64,000 nucleotides of DNA, from NCBI RefSeq assembly GCF_009914755.1, contig NC_060947.1; one strand, 5' to 3'. The notes below the pieces were generated by a model. It saw nothing but the letters and a program-made list of their open reading frames with translations, was not told where the DNA came from and ran no database searches. The number at the start of each line of letters is the position of its first letter. The stretch's first letter is position 1. Below are positions 32,781 to 45,829 of this stretch, in pieces. Position numbers and translations under genes: made by a program. This DNA is from the human T2T-CHM13v2.0 reference genome, Homo sapiens.

Positions 32781-34021
32781 AATACTTGGATTATGGGAAA
32801 AAATGTAAAAGTAAAACAACATTTTTTTGCTATACTCCTTTATGAATACAAACAATACTTTAGGTAATGCAATTTTTAAATTGTTTTGCTCTAGTTTTTA
32901 ATTTTTTAAAATTTATTTTAATATTTTTATTTTATTTTTAAAGACCTATATCAAGATATCATTCACATAGCATACTATTATTTTTAATTGAAAGATAACA
33001 GTTATGTATTTATGGGTTAAAACATGATGTTTTGATAAATATATACAATGTGGAATGATTAAGTCAACCTAATTAATATATCCATCATATCAATTGTAAT
33101 TTTTGTGGTATGACATCAGAAATTTACTCTCTTTGCAATTGTGAACTATATAATACATTATGATTATCTGTATTAACTGATTACCTATAATCACCCTGCT
33201 GTGCAATAAATCTTACAAACTTATTCTTCCTGTCTAACTGAAATTTTGGACTCCTGACCAACATCTCCCTATTTCCTCCCCACTTCCCACCCAGCCTATC
33301 ATAATCACCACTCTACTCTTTACTCCCATGAGTTGGAAGTTTTTAGATTCAACATACAAGTGAGATCACGCGGTATTTGGATTTGTTTTTCTGTGCCACT
33401 TTTTTCACTTAGCATATTGCCCTTCAGGTTTATCTACATTGTTGAAAATGACAGAACTTACTTCATTTTTAAGGTTGAATAGTATTCCATTGTGTATATA
33501 TACCACATTTTCTTTATCCATGCATATATTGATGAACCCTTATGTTGATTCCACATCTTGGCTATTGTGAACAATACTGCAATTAATATGGGTGTATAAA
33601 TATCTCTTTGGCATATTGATTTCAATTCTTTTGAATATATACCCAAAAGTGCAATTACTGGTTCATGTGGTAGTTCTATTTTTAGTTTATTGAGAACCCT
33701 CCACACTGTTTTCCATAATGGCTGTATGAATTTACATTCTCTTCAACAGTGTGCAAGTATTCTCTTTTCACTACATCCTCACCAACTCTTACCTTGCATC
33801 TTTTTTTATAATAGCTATTCTAACAGGTATGAAATGATATATCATTGTGTTTTTAATTTGCATTTTCCTAATAATTTGTGATGTTGATCATTTTTTAATG
33901 AACCTGTTGGCCATTTTTAAGTTTCCTTTTGAGAAATGTCTGTTCAGATCCTTTGCACATTTTTAGATTGGGTTACTTGTTTCATTGCTATTGAGTTCTT
34001 TGAGTTCTTTGAATAAATTTG

Positions 34022-35730
34022 GAGGAGCTGATCATAATCCAAAAAGACATAATCCTGAATGCCATAATCTTTAATGTTGAAATTCCAAAAGATAAAAATC
34101 ATGAAAATATAATTCTGGAAAAAATAATTAAGATTATTTAAAAGATATTTATTTATATTTTTGACAGGAAATATATTTGAGAAACATAAAAAACGTGACA
34201 GAATACTTCATAAGTCACTTTACACATACAGTAGGCAATAATAACAGATTTGTGCAAGCATATATACTCAGGTATTCTAAAGATAATTACATGACTATAA
34301 GTTATAAGCAGATGAACAGTATTCATGAAGAAATATGTCAAAAAGTGAAATCTAAAAAGTGAATCCATCTTTATAACTGCAGTCATCTGAAATATCCTGA
34401 CAATCGATCTTCTGACCATATGGGTAAAAAACCATGATGGATCACCACCACACTAGTCATCCAAACAGCCAATATCTCAAGACATTTTACCTTTCACCAA
34501 TTTGTATATACAAAAAGGAAATTGCTTCAGTGCTTGAGGAAGTTTCAAAATTTTTACATACATGCACAGTGTTTACACACAAGGCCAACATTATAATAAG
34601 GCACTTTCGTGGAGGAGTCACATTTGCAAAAAAAAAATGTATCAAATGAATTAGAAGTCTTTAAAAGTCTTCATACAGTTCATACCTCCAGTATTGGAAA
34701 TGATGTAAAGATGAAATACATAATATAGAGAATTGCAAAAATAATGCTGAAATTTAAAACAGTTTAAAAAAATTGAAAAAAAGAAAAAACTAAAAAGAAA
34801 ATTAGGCATATGAAAAAAATGTATTATATGGACAGATTATGGGTAGATGCATGATGGAGATAATCCATAAGAGCTGGCCAACTGTCACAGTCATTAACGA
34901 TCATTAACTATATTTTGAAGTCTTTCATCATAATGAGTAGCTCCTTTTTCTTCTTTTAAAACATGGCTCTCCTTGGAGAATACCTTCACATTCATTTTCT
35001 ACTTGGCACTGCTCTTTTTGAAACTGTATAATTTGATATACACCTCATTTGATATAAATGAGTATTCCCTATTAAATTTTTTCATCTTCTGTACAATGCT
35101 TCTGTGTTGTTTTGGGTATGTGGAAATTCATTCCACATGCACTTATATACAGTTCACAAATTTGGTAGAAACAATACTCATGATCAAACAGCAACTCTGT
35201 TGCATATGTGTCATCTTCTCCTATCATGCATATAATTATTTTTGAACCAGTCAGTAACTCCTCTGGCTTCTTCAGACAAATATGGCCTTAATTCCTACAA
35301 AGCTCATGGAATGTTATCAGCTGAAAGAAATGCCAATGCAGACAAATGATATATTTTTAAATAGAAGTTTTGGTCATTGCCATATTGTATGACCAATCCA
35401 CTCATCTGAATTTACCACCAAATGCATTGGGCTGAATGGATAAAACAAACTTCATTGGTAACACCTTGAAATTCACTTTTATAAACCTTGATCACACTTA
35501 ATTCCAAATCTGTCATTATGGTTTGGAGATTCAATCGAAATCCATTTTCTCCTGCATAAAAACAATAACAAGGTCATAGTTCTGCCCAACATGATGTAAC
35601 TATTCTGTGATTGTGACTTTTGGAATTTTAGACATTTGAGATTTTACACTAAGGATTTTGATCTTTCAGGATTTTGACATTTGAGATTATGACATTCAGC
35701 ACTATGTCTTTTGGAATTATGATCCAAACC
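34022..35730. mobile_element. Ricksha (MULE-MuDR) DNA transposon with ~75-bp TIRs
   Basis: Left gatcataatccaaaaagacataatcctgaatgccataatc... is the inverted counterpart of right ...gattatgacattcagcactatgtcttttggaattatgatccaaacc. Confidence 0.85.
35220..35555 (-). pseudogene. MULE/Mutator transposase domain remnant
   Basis: Hand translation: QTIMTDLELSVIKVYKSEFQGVTNEVCFIHSAQCIWW*IQMSGL...HLSALAFLS...VTDWFKNNY (IMTD, CxxH, LAF motifs) with in-frame stops. Confidence 0.8.
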
Positions 35731-37464
35731 TATATTTTGCAAAAGGAGAAAGATTTATACAATTGGAAGAGAAAACAGAGTATCCAAACCCATATTTTGG
35801 ATATTAACTCCTTATCAGATACATGGTTTGTAAATATTTTCTCTCATTCCATAGGTTGTCTCTTCACTCTGTCAATCATATCCTTTGCTGTGTATAGCTT
35901 GCTAGTTTGATACAATCACATTTGTCTATATTTGCTTTTATTGCCTGTGTTTTGGGGGTTACATCCAAAAACTCATTGCCGAGATCAATGTTGCTAGTAG
36001 TTTTTACAGTTTCAGGTTTTATATTTAAGTTTTTAATCCATTTTGAGTTGATTTTTGTATATAATGTGACGTAATAGTCCAATTTCATTCTTCTGCATGT
36101 GGATCTCCAGCATTGCCAATGCCGTTTATCCAAGAAACTGTCTTTTCTAAATATCAGTCATTTTTCAAAGTTCATTTAGGAAGGGGTATAATCGATGCAG
36201 GTTAAAGACAAAAATTCACTACTAAGATAAGTACCTTTTAAGATTAAAAAAAAAAACAGTGGAAAGTGCAGTGAGAAATCTTTTCCTGGTTTTCTAATTG
36301 CCTAGGGCTACTTTTTGCCACTTAACATCTTTATAAATCAGAAGCTTCTTCATTTGTGCAAACTTTTAAAGCTTATGTTAATTCTTGGTAACACTTTAGA
36401 GAAGTTCCTTTGTTCTGTTGTCATCAAATGTATTTAATTGTCATCAAATGTACACTAGGTGAGCAGGTGAGAAGAATCTAGAGTAAATGTATGTCCACAG
36501 AGAACTAAATCAATTCTCTCAGAAATGAGGCTTGATTTCCTTAAGATCTATTTCCACTTCCAAGTTCAATGTGTCCTAGGTCCCCAGTTGAGAAATATTG
36601 CTTTAAAATAAGAGACCCATAAGGAAGTGGTGATTTTAATATCTGTTATGAGGGGAAAACAGGCACCTATTTAAAAGTACTTAATGCATATATTAAAACA
36701 ATTATTACATTGTTTTATTTGTTTAAAGGTAAGTAGTAGGGTTTCCAGCAGGGATGTCCAGCTTTAGAGAATGTACTGAAGTAATTTAATGTTTCTGTTT
36801 TTATAATTCACAAGGGCCATTTAACAGTTATATTAGAGTAAGTTAAATGCACATCACACATCTTAACATTTTAAGAAAGATCTCTATTTTTTTATATTTG
36901 CTATTTATCTGTAAACAAAGGCTCGAGTTAAGTTTTACAGCAGAGTTTATTCCCTATTAAACTTTAAGAAAGGACTCAAAGGATCAAGAAAGATGCAAAA
37001 ATTCTTTCACACTGAGATACAAGATGACTGATACTTGCTTGAATTACATTTCTACCAAAAAATACATTTTAACAAAGGCACAAAATATATTCAAAGGATG
37101 TAACTACTACATAAAATGTTGAAAAACTTTCAAATATATTTGGAACATATTTGAGGAATTTAGGAGCAAGAGGTCTTTTTGGTCTTAAAATCAGCCAATA
37201 ATTAATTCTGCATTTACTTAAGAAAATCTTTAGTTTCAACCATTTTGGACCTGCAGAACTTACCAGTTCTATATGGTTTAACCTAATGTTTCTACTTGCA
37301 CAGCATAATTAACTCACCATGAGAAACAATTTTCTCTCAAGTCAAACCTTGTAACTAGGAAATGGTGAACATCAACTGGTAGAGGGTTCTCAGTACCTGG
37401 ATGTAGTCATGTGTTTCTGTAAAAGACACTGTTAACTGTGTAGAATATTCTCCATTTACCTATT

Positions 37465-38970
37465 TAAATTAGCTTTTTATTGCAGTATCACAAACTAATA
37501 CTAACTTCATTTACAACAGTACACATTTATTATCTCTGTTTCTGTGGGTTAGGAGTCCAAGTACAGCTATTGGGTCCTCTGTTTGTGGTCTCAAGAGCTA
37601 TAATCAAAGTATAGGCCAGACTGTGTTCTTATCTGGAGGCCTAAGAAAGGATCCAATTCCAGGCTCACTTAAGTTTTTGGAACAGCTAATTTACTTGTGG
37701 TTGTAGGACTAAAGTGTCCTAGGTTCTTGCTGATTATTGGCTGGAGACCATTTTTAGCTCCTAGAGGCTGTCCTCAACTCCTAGAAGTCACCCACAATTG
37801 CTAGAGACCACTTTGTCTCCTTGTTATGTGTGCTTTCCCAATATGGCCATTTATCCATTTATTTTATCAAGTTAGCAAGGAGAATCTCTAAAGTGAGTGT
37901 GCTAGAAATATGAAATCCTATATAATGTAATATAATCGCAGGTATAGACAAAAAATGAAATTCTAAGCAACCCCAGTCAACTGAATGGACCCCTTCTCTT
38001 AGCCAAGGGCATTCCGCAGAAACCTAAAAAACTTAACTCAGGCCATGATGGGAAGAGGAGATTGGACATGCCTCATTATACCCACCTCCCTTTAAAAGTC
38101 AGGCACAACTGACCAGTATTAACATCAAAACAGAGATTTTAAGACTGACAAAACAGACCGTTTGTAGCAATAAGATGACAAATTCCAACCTGACTCTAGT
38201 ATAGCATCACAAGACAGATAGCAGACACTGAAAGAAATTATTTTACCCCAAAATATATTTAATTGACATATTTTGAAATGGCCCTGAAAAACTGTCTCTT
38301 GTGGGGGAAATTTACATTCTGTTTCCAGGCATTTTTTTGATCCTGAAGAGATTAATGGAGAGTCTAGTACCTCTTAAAGGTCTGAATCAGAAACATTTGC
38401 CATCTATTGCCTTTAAGGTCAGCTACTTATAAGACTTCATCTACATAATAAGAACTTTGGTCTCTGCAACGCTTTATTTTAACCTAGACATTCCTCTATT
38501 GATTCCAGGTCTTTAGATAATAACTTAACTCTTTCAACCAATTGTCAATCAGAAAATCTTTGAATCCACCTACGACCTATAAGCCCACACTTTAAGATGT
38601 CCCACCTTTCTGGGCTGAATGAATGTAAACCTTTCATGTATTAAATTTTTGTTTTTGCCTGTAACTTCTGTCTCCCTAACATGTATACAACCAAGCCGTA
38701 ACCCAACCACCTTGGGCACATTATCTCAGAACCTCCTGAGGCTGTGCCACAAATCATGGTCCTACATTTGGCTCGGAATAAATGTCTTCAAATATTTTAC
38801 AGAGTTTGGCCTTTTTCATCAACATAGGAATGACATTGTACCACCTTTGCCATATTCTATTGGTTAGAATCAAATCACAGGCCCCACCTACACTAAGGGG
38901 TGGGGATTACACAAGGGCATAAACACCAGGAGGCAAGGATCCCTGGGAAGCCACCTTAGAATCTGCTACA
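37465..38970 (-). mobile_element. MaLR LTR (MLT1E/F-like) split by MER4D LTR
   Basis: catttattatctctgtttctgtgggttaggagtcc...; resumes ccacctttgccatattctattggttagaatcaaatcacagg...acacaagggcataaacaccaggagg. Confidence 0.75.
37943..38824 (+). mobile_element. ERV1 MER4D/E-like solo LTR
   Basis: aaaatgaaattctaagcaaccccagtcaactgaatggacc...gaataaatgtcttcaaatattttacagagtttggcctttttcatcaaca; 4-bp TSD [c/t]agg. Confidence 0.85.
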
Positions 38971-39030
38971 CTACCCCAACTGCATTTTCCTTGTTTTCAG
39001 TCGGAGCCCCAATTTTGTCTAGTGTCTCCT

Positions 39031-39581
39031 TGTATTAGTCATTTATTGCTGAACAACAAAATTGGTGGCAAAAAAAAAATTATTATCTCACAGTTCCTAT
39101 AGGGCAAATATCTGGGCATGACTAAGCTGGGACCTCTAGCCCATGGTTTCTCACAAGTCTGAAAATGAAATGTTTGCAATCATCTCCAGACTTGATTGGA
39201 AAGATCCATTTCCAAGCTCACTCATATGATTGTTGACAAAGCTCAATTCCTCATGGGCCACTAGACTGAGAGTCTCAATTCCTCACTGTTTGTTGACTGG
39301 AGGCCTCCCTCAATTCCTTGCTGTGTGGGCATACTCACAATATGGCAGCTACATCTATTAGTGTCAGCAAGCAAGAGAGAAGGAGAGAGGGGAGCAAGAC
39401 AGAAATCAAATACTTTTTGTAATTCAGTATTGGACATAACACCCTATTACTTTTACCATATCTATTTTTTAGAAGGCAATCACTAAATCTAGCTGACAAT
39501 CAAAGGAGGCAGGAATTACATAAGGGTATGAATATCAGGAGTTGGAATCATTGGAGCCAATCTTAGACGCTTCCTACCATA
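39031..39581 (-). mobile_element. MaLR solo LTR (MLT1F-like)
   Basis: tgtattagtcatttattgctg...ttattatctcacagttc...ggagccaatcttagacgcttcctaccata. Confidence 0.75.
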
Positions 39582-39589
39582 TTCCCTTG

Positions 39590-39999
39590 TGCAAAATGAT
39601 TCAGGCATAAATCCTGATTAGTCTGACACCAATCATGATGATTCCTATCCCTTGCCACCAATTGGCTTAGATGTGTCATGTAACTCTAATCTGGTTAATA
39701 AAATATAGAGGGAAGCCAGCCTGGAGAGCTCTGAAATATCTCTTTTTCTCTTGGTTTGGTACTATCTAGGATATTAGAAGCCATTTTGTGACTATGAAAG
39801 GGACTGGCTGAAGGCAAAGTCAATGCCTTGAGTATATCAGAAGAGTTTCGGTTCTTAATGATGATGTTAAGCCACAGAGTTTGCCAATCTATGATCTTCC
39901 TAGTGCAGGACATTGTTTAAGATAATAAACTTCTTGTTTAAGTTATTTTTCATTTGAGTGTTTTATTATTTGCAACTGAATGCACCTTTAACTGACACA
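39590..39999 (+). mobile_element. MaLR LTR (MLT1K-like); 5' part probably at 38975-39030
   Basis: aaatcctgattagtctgacaccaatcatg...ttattatttgcaactgaatgcacctttaactgacaca. Confidence 0.6.
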
Positions 40000-40259
40000 G
40001 TATCTCCTATGCAAAAAAGTACCTTGCCTTGTCTGAAGAGTTGAACTGAATCATCATTACTTTTTTTTCAGCTAGGAAAACATAAATCTTGGATATTAAG
40101 ATACCTGGGACACAGCTCTAGTGAATGGAAAGATCACATGCAAAGTAAACCTGGTTTACAAATTGCTGTTTTCCCATGCTTAGAACTGCAATATTTGAAC
40201 AAAATACTAAAATACAATTAATCATTACTTGTGAAAATTTTGAGTTGTTATTATACAGA

Positions 40260-40427
40260 CTAGCGTGTCTCAATATTTAATGTCCATACAAAGCACCCAG
40301 GAATCTTATCAAAATGGAGATTCTGATTCAGTTGGTCAGAGGTGAAGTCTGAAAATCTGCATTTTCTGGCAAGCTTAGAAGTGATTTCAATGTTGCTTAT
40401 TGTGAAGACCATGTTTTTGTAGAAAAC
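40260..40427. mobile_element. MER5 (hAT-Charlie) MITE
   Basis: cacccaggaatcttatcaaaatggagattctgattcagttggtcagaggtg...tctgcattttctggcaagc. Confidence 0.7.
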
Positions 40428-41699
40428 ATGTAGACATAGTCTGTTAAAAACAGTTTTTCAGAACAGAAAAAAATAAGCTTTTTTTTTTTAAGATACGACT
40501 TCAAAAGTATGCTCAAGTTTGTTTTTGCTTTTATTTTTCTTACTTTGATGCATGGGCGATAATCATAAGCTTAAACATTGCTAAAATTTTTTTAAAAGGT
40601 CTCACAAACCAAATAACATTTTTTCTGACTAGCATTTTTATAATTCTGTTGAATCATTGGAAAACACCAATTGCTTTTCAGTGTTGATTATCTTGATATT
40701 TATTAGGGAGTAAATTATACCTTAAAATAATGAGGCCAAGTGATCCTTTAATCCACAGGAAGCATGTCAGATGCTTTTTTCTTTAAAAGAAGAAAGCTTC
40801 CCTTTGATGTGCTGACAATTACATTGTGTTCTTCTTTGTAGTCTCCTGTGACTACTGATTTATATCAAAGCTTTGCTGACAATTCAGCATTTTCAGTCTG
40901 TTCTTCAGGCTGAGTGGAAATGTCAGGTAGTTTAGTTTAGATCATTCACTACAAGGCATAGGAAATGACTTTTATTTAGGCTGAAAACAGCTGCAAATTA
41001 GTAATATCCCAGAACCTTTCTGGAATGTCACTTTCATTTGAAATCCACAAGCCTAAATCATATAACGCAAGATTTGGATCCTTTAATGGAAGAGTTGACT
41101 ATTTTATTTGGGATATGTATCCTCAATTGAAGTCTTAATTACTTTGGACTTGCAGAAGGCAATTTACTGCCCTTGGTAGAAATTATCTGACCCTTTAAAA
41201 TTAATATTAAAGTGTTCAGGAAGACTCCTGCTTTGTCTTTTCAATTAGATAGGATACTTTAAAGCTCCTTGATAAATCTTAGTTTCTGGATGACAGAAGA
41301 GAAACATCCAGTCCAACATAATAAAGGACGTGTTTACAAAGCAATAAATCTCCATTTTATATTTCATTAACACTATAATACTGTAAAAGATTACATAAGC
41401 TCACATGAAAAAACTTTCACATTTAATATATAAGAATGAGTTTGCTACTAAGACTAAATTATCTCAAATCAATTCTAGGCTTCTAATTTTCAAATGTATT
41501 GTTATTTTAGATAAATACACATATTCCTTAAGATTGTGCTTAGATGATTAATTTTATCAGGATAATACTTTTCTTACATGATCAAATGTAGACTTTAATT
41601 CTTAACCCACATAGAAATAAAATTTCTGTTGTTAATTAATAAAGAAGTTGCAAGTATGCACATCCACATATATGCAGTTTAAAAAATATTTCCCACATT

Positions 41700-42085
41700 T
41701 GTATTAGTTTGCTTGGGCTGCCATAACAGAGTATCAGAGATGGTGGCTTCAACAACAGAAATTTTATTTCTCACAATTCTGGATGCTGGAAGTCCAAGAC
41801 CAAAGTGTCAACAGGATTGGTTTCTTCTGAGGCTTTTCCCCTTGGCTTTTAGATGGCTGTCTTCTCCCTGTGTCTTCACATGGTCTTCCCTCAGTATATA
41901 TCTGTATCCAAATTTCCTCTTCCTATAAGGACACCAGTCATATTGAATTAGGGCCCATGCTAAGGACATCCTTTTTACTTAATTACCACTTGAAAGACTA
42001 TCTTCAAATATAGTCACATTCTAAGGTACGGGGGATAGGAACTTCAACTTCTGAATTTTGGGGAGATAGAATTCAGCGTATAACA
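41700..42085 (-). mobile_element. MaLR solo LTR (MLT1B-like)
   Basis: tgtattagtttgcttgggctgccataaca...cctcttcctataaggacaccagtcatattg...aattcagcgtataaca. Confidence 0.85.
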
Positions 42086-42584
42086 TGAATAAAATGCTAC
42101 AATTAACCTTTTTCCACATCATTACATATCTTAGTGTCCACAATCCAGATATATGGGAATCCATAATAGATTATTTCACAATTTTACTTTGGATTATCTT
42201 CATTTTCACTGTTATCAATAAATATCTCTGTATTTAAATATTGCCCACATCTCTAACTATTTTCTTAGATAAATCCATCAAAGTAGGGTGATCAGTGGAA
42301 TGGTAGATATTGCTTTGGCTTCTGATATGTACTTCTATACTACTCTTCAGAAGTGGTAACAATGCATACATTAGGCGGCTTTAGATAAGAGTTCCTCTTC
42401 ATTATAACTTTGGTATCACTAAAGGGCATCATCATTCTAATTTTATGCTTGCCAGCTTCACCAGGAAAGTTTATTACCATTTTTTATTTTATTACTTTTC
42501 TTAGTGATGTAGACTCTCTATATGTTTATTAGCAATTTGCACTTAACTTTTGAAAGATTTTTATTCATGAACTGTCATGTTACT

Positions 42585-42870
42585 TTTATTTTTAATTTTT
42601 GTAGGTACATAACAGGTGTATATATTTGTGGGGTACATGAGATGTTCTGATACAGGCATGCAATGTGAAATAAGCACATCATGGAGAATGGGGTATCCAT
42701 CCCCTCAAGCATTTATCTTTGAGTTACTAGCAATTCAATTACACTCTTTAAGTTATTTTAAAAGTACAATTAAGTTATTACTGACTATAATCACACTATT
42801 GCACAATCAAATAGTAGGTCTTATTCATTCTTTTTATTTTTTTCATACCCATTAACCATTCCCTCCTCTC
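42585..42870 (-). mobile_element. L1MA1/2-like 3' end fragment
   Basis: ggggtacatgagatgttctgatacaggcatgcaatgtgaaataagcacatcatggagaatggggtatccatcccctcaagc. Confidence 0.8.
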
Positions 42871-43014
42871 TTTCAGACCTATGCTCTTTTTCATGCTTCA
42901 TATATATATTTGCATATTTTACTCCATCTTTCATAAGTCATTATATAGATATGTCATTATCTATAATGACATATATATACATATTATATATATATATGTT
43001 TAGAAGTAAGCTAT

Positions 43015-43715
43015 TGTTTTAACCACCCAATGAGTTTACCTTGCCCACAGCCTAGACAGAACTGATTTATCAAGACAGCGGAATAGCAATGGCGAAAGGG
43101 CAAGAGTTTTATTGTTACACAAATTAGTCTTCCTGAGCATTAGGGGATCAGAGTTTTTAACAATAATTTGGCAGGTAGGGGCTTGGGAAGTGAGGAGTGC
43201 TGATTGGTTAGGTTGGAGATGGAATCGTAGGGGGTCAAAATGAGGTTTTCTTAATGTCTTCTGTTCCTGGGTGTGATGGCAGAACTGATTAGGGCAGATT
43301 ACTGGTCTGGGTTGTGTCCCCTGATCCATTGAGGGCAGGGTCTGCAAAATATCTCAAGTACAGATCTTAGGTTTTACAAAAGTGATGTTATCCCGGGAGT
43401 AATTTGGGGAGGTTCAAACTCTTGGAGCCAGAGGTTGCATGACCCCTAAATTGTAATTTCTAATCTTTTAGCTAATGTTAGTCCTGCAAACTCTGACTGG
43501 ACCCTAGGCAAGAGGGGAAATTTTCGGGAAAGGGCTGTTATCAGTTTTGTTTCAGAGTCAAACCATTAACTGAATTCCTTTCCAAAGTTAGTTCAGCCTA
43601 TGCCCAGGAATGAACAAGGACAGCTTAAAGGTTTAGAAGCAAGATAGAGTCAGTTAGGTCTGATTTCTTTCACTGTCATAATTTCCTCAGTTATAATTTT
43701 GCAAAGGTGGTTTCA
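43015..43715 (-). mobile_element. LTR8 (ERV1) solo LTR with 4-bp TSD
   Basis: Ends ...ttataattttgcaaaggtggtttca (minus strand tgaaacc...tttgcaaaattat); TSD ctat at 43011-43014 and 43716-43719. Confidence 0.88.
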
Positions 43716-43754
43716 CTATGGAAACATTTTACCTCTTAATACCTTATTTTAGAG

Positions 43755-43924
43755 CAGGATTTCTCACCTTAGCACTATTAATATTTGAGTGAGACAATTT
43801 TATTTTTATGTAGGTGACTGTTGTATGCACTGTAAAATGTTTAGCACTTCCATGTTATAACAATCAAAAACAACTCTAGATATTGCCAAATGCCCCTGGT
43901 GAGAGACAAAATTGAGAACAACTG
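43755..43924. mobile_element. MER20 (hAT-Charlie) MITE
   Basis: caggatttctcaccttagcactatt...tagatattgccaaatgcccctgg...ttgagaacaactg. Confidence 0.75.
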
Positions 43925-44160
43925 ACTTCGGAGCATAGAACCATATATTGTATATATTTATTCATAAAAGCATATATTTAGTCCATAAATACATTTACAT
44001 GCAAGAGATTTAGACATAACCAGAATATAGTTTGTTACAACTTTCAAGAGTTAGTTATGCTCATGTTGACTCTTTCACTCACAAATCAAATTGTTTTAAT
44101 ATACGCATATTTGTCACATAACTTGTGCTCAATATTAGACTATTCCTTTTCTATGAAAAC

Positions 44161-44727
44161 TGTTTTACATAGTTTTTAATTTCCATATATTATGATGTTT
44201 TGGCATTTAAAAAAATCCTTTCTGGATGGGGAAAGACTGCCCTTCCCTGAAATAGGCAACTCATAAAGACATCAAAGATAACAAAGGGCCCAGCCAACAG
44301 CAGGCCCTGATATGCAAACTAACAAATTTAGGGTTTTACCTTGTCAATCTGGTCAGTACACCACAGTAGACAATATTACTTTGCTTTAATCATATGAAGG
44401 CCAGGTATCAGGCAACTAGGAAACACCCCAATAGCTTAGAGTCTTCCAGTATTATTCAAATTAACCAGTCCTAAATTGATCTCTCTGCCCTGCCTGGCTT
44501 TTCCCGTGGCATCCCCAGTAAAAGCTCTGGACTCATGCTTTCCCCTCTCCCTTGTCTTCTGCCTCTTGACCACCCCTGGCGTCTTTCCTCTGTGGTCCCA
44601 TGTAGCGTGCCATGCCTCTGTGTCTAGGACCTGTGAGTGTAATAAACTTTATTTTTTATTGAGCTGCTCCTGTGTTTCCTCTTGTGGCCACAACCTGACT
44701 GACGATCTCATAGCAGAATATAAAACA
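44161..44727 (+). mobile_element. ERVL solo LTR (MER73/MER74 group)
   Basis: tgtttt...gaaagactgcccttccc...tgatatgcaaactaac...aataaac...taaaaca; TG...CA ends. Confidence 0.65.
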
Positions 44728-45044
44728 ACTTTTGTGAACACCAATAAAATCTGATGATTTGATATTTCTCATTTTATAAACGTTGGTCTTAGTACATACA
44801 TATCTACAACTTTTTAATTATGTAATTATAACAGCTTCCTCATATATCAAAAATATTATTATTGCTTGTCTATCAGAGAATGAAAAGTTTTTTCATTATG
44901 AAATTCTCATCAACACAAAATAACTCCAATGAAGTGTGAAACAAGGTAGGACTTATCCATTTTTCAAATGAAGAAACTTAAGCATAGTGGTGTAAAATGA
45001 TATATAGAAATTCAGCAGGAGAAAATTTGAATTAAAACCAACTC

Positions 45045-45384
45045 AGTGATACACTTCCCATTGAGATGTGGGCTTCTGCCTCCTTCCATTGAATCTGGGC
45101 TGGATGTTAACTGCTGTGACTAGTAGAGTATGGTGGAAATGATATCGTGTTATTTTCAGGCCAGGCTATAACAGGGTGACAGTTTCTACTTCCTCCCTCT
45201 TGGAGCCCTGAGCTACCATATAAGAAATTTGATTATCCTGAGGCTGCCACATTGTGAGAAAGCCTATACTAGGCCTGTGGAGAGGCCACAGAGGATAGAG
45301 AGAGAGGGAAACACTTGGCTAGTCCAGAATTCTTTCAGCCCCCAGCTGTTTAAGTCATCCCAACTGAGTTTCTAAACAACAAGG

Positions 45385-45419
<35 letters not shown>

Positions 45420-45539
45420 CGCTTATAGTCCTGTTTGAATCCTTAATCCAAAGAATCATGAGAGAAAAAATAATGAATTGGTGTTTGGGGTCACTAACTT
45501 TTGGAGTAGCTTGTGATTCAGTATTAGTTAACTGGAACA
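45045..45539 (+). mobile_element. MaLR LTR (MLT1G/H-like) containing a ~30-nt poly(A) run
   Basis: ttgaatctgggctgg...ggagccctgagctaccatataagaaatttgattatcctgaggctgccac...actggaaca. Confidence 0.7.
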
Positions 45540-45829
45540 AAATGAAAAAAATGCAGTTAGATCCCATTTCTACACTGTATTCCCAAGTAAGTTCTAAATG
45601 AATTTAAATATATTAATGTAAAAAATAAAATTTTAGAATAAAATTAAGAAGACTTTTTTGTTATCAAGTAAGTGGAGCAATACCTACTCTCATATGTTGC
45701 CATGGGAGTGTGAATTATTGTAACTTGAAAAGTAATATGTAGTATCTATTAAAATGATAAATTCTGAAATCTGTGGAAATCAAGTTGCCAATATGCAAGA
45801 ATCGCTATGAAAGTATCTCTATTACAGCA

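Larger units (their letters stand above)
32980..36150 (-). mobile_element. L1MA9/10-like 3' fragment, interrupted by Ricksha
   Basis: 3' UTR and ORF2 C-terminal remnants (33458-33706 ORF; 35876-36133 ORF); continuity across 34021-35790. Confidence 0.8.

Noticed and set aside
36418-36452. Direct repeat ttgtcatcaaatgta x2
   Set aside because: Two copies only; simple local duplication, not an array
45387-45416. ~30-nt poly(A) as a retrocopy tail
   Set aside because: No TSD or upstream retro-sequence; lies within an MLT1 LTR and is likely a slippage expansion
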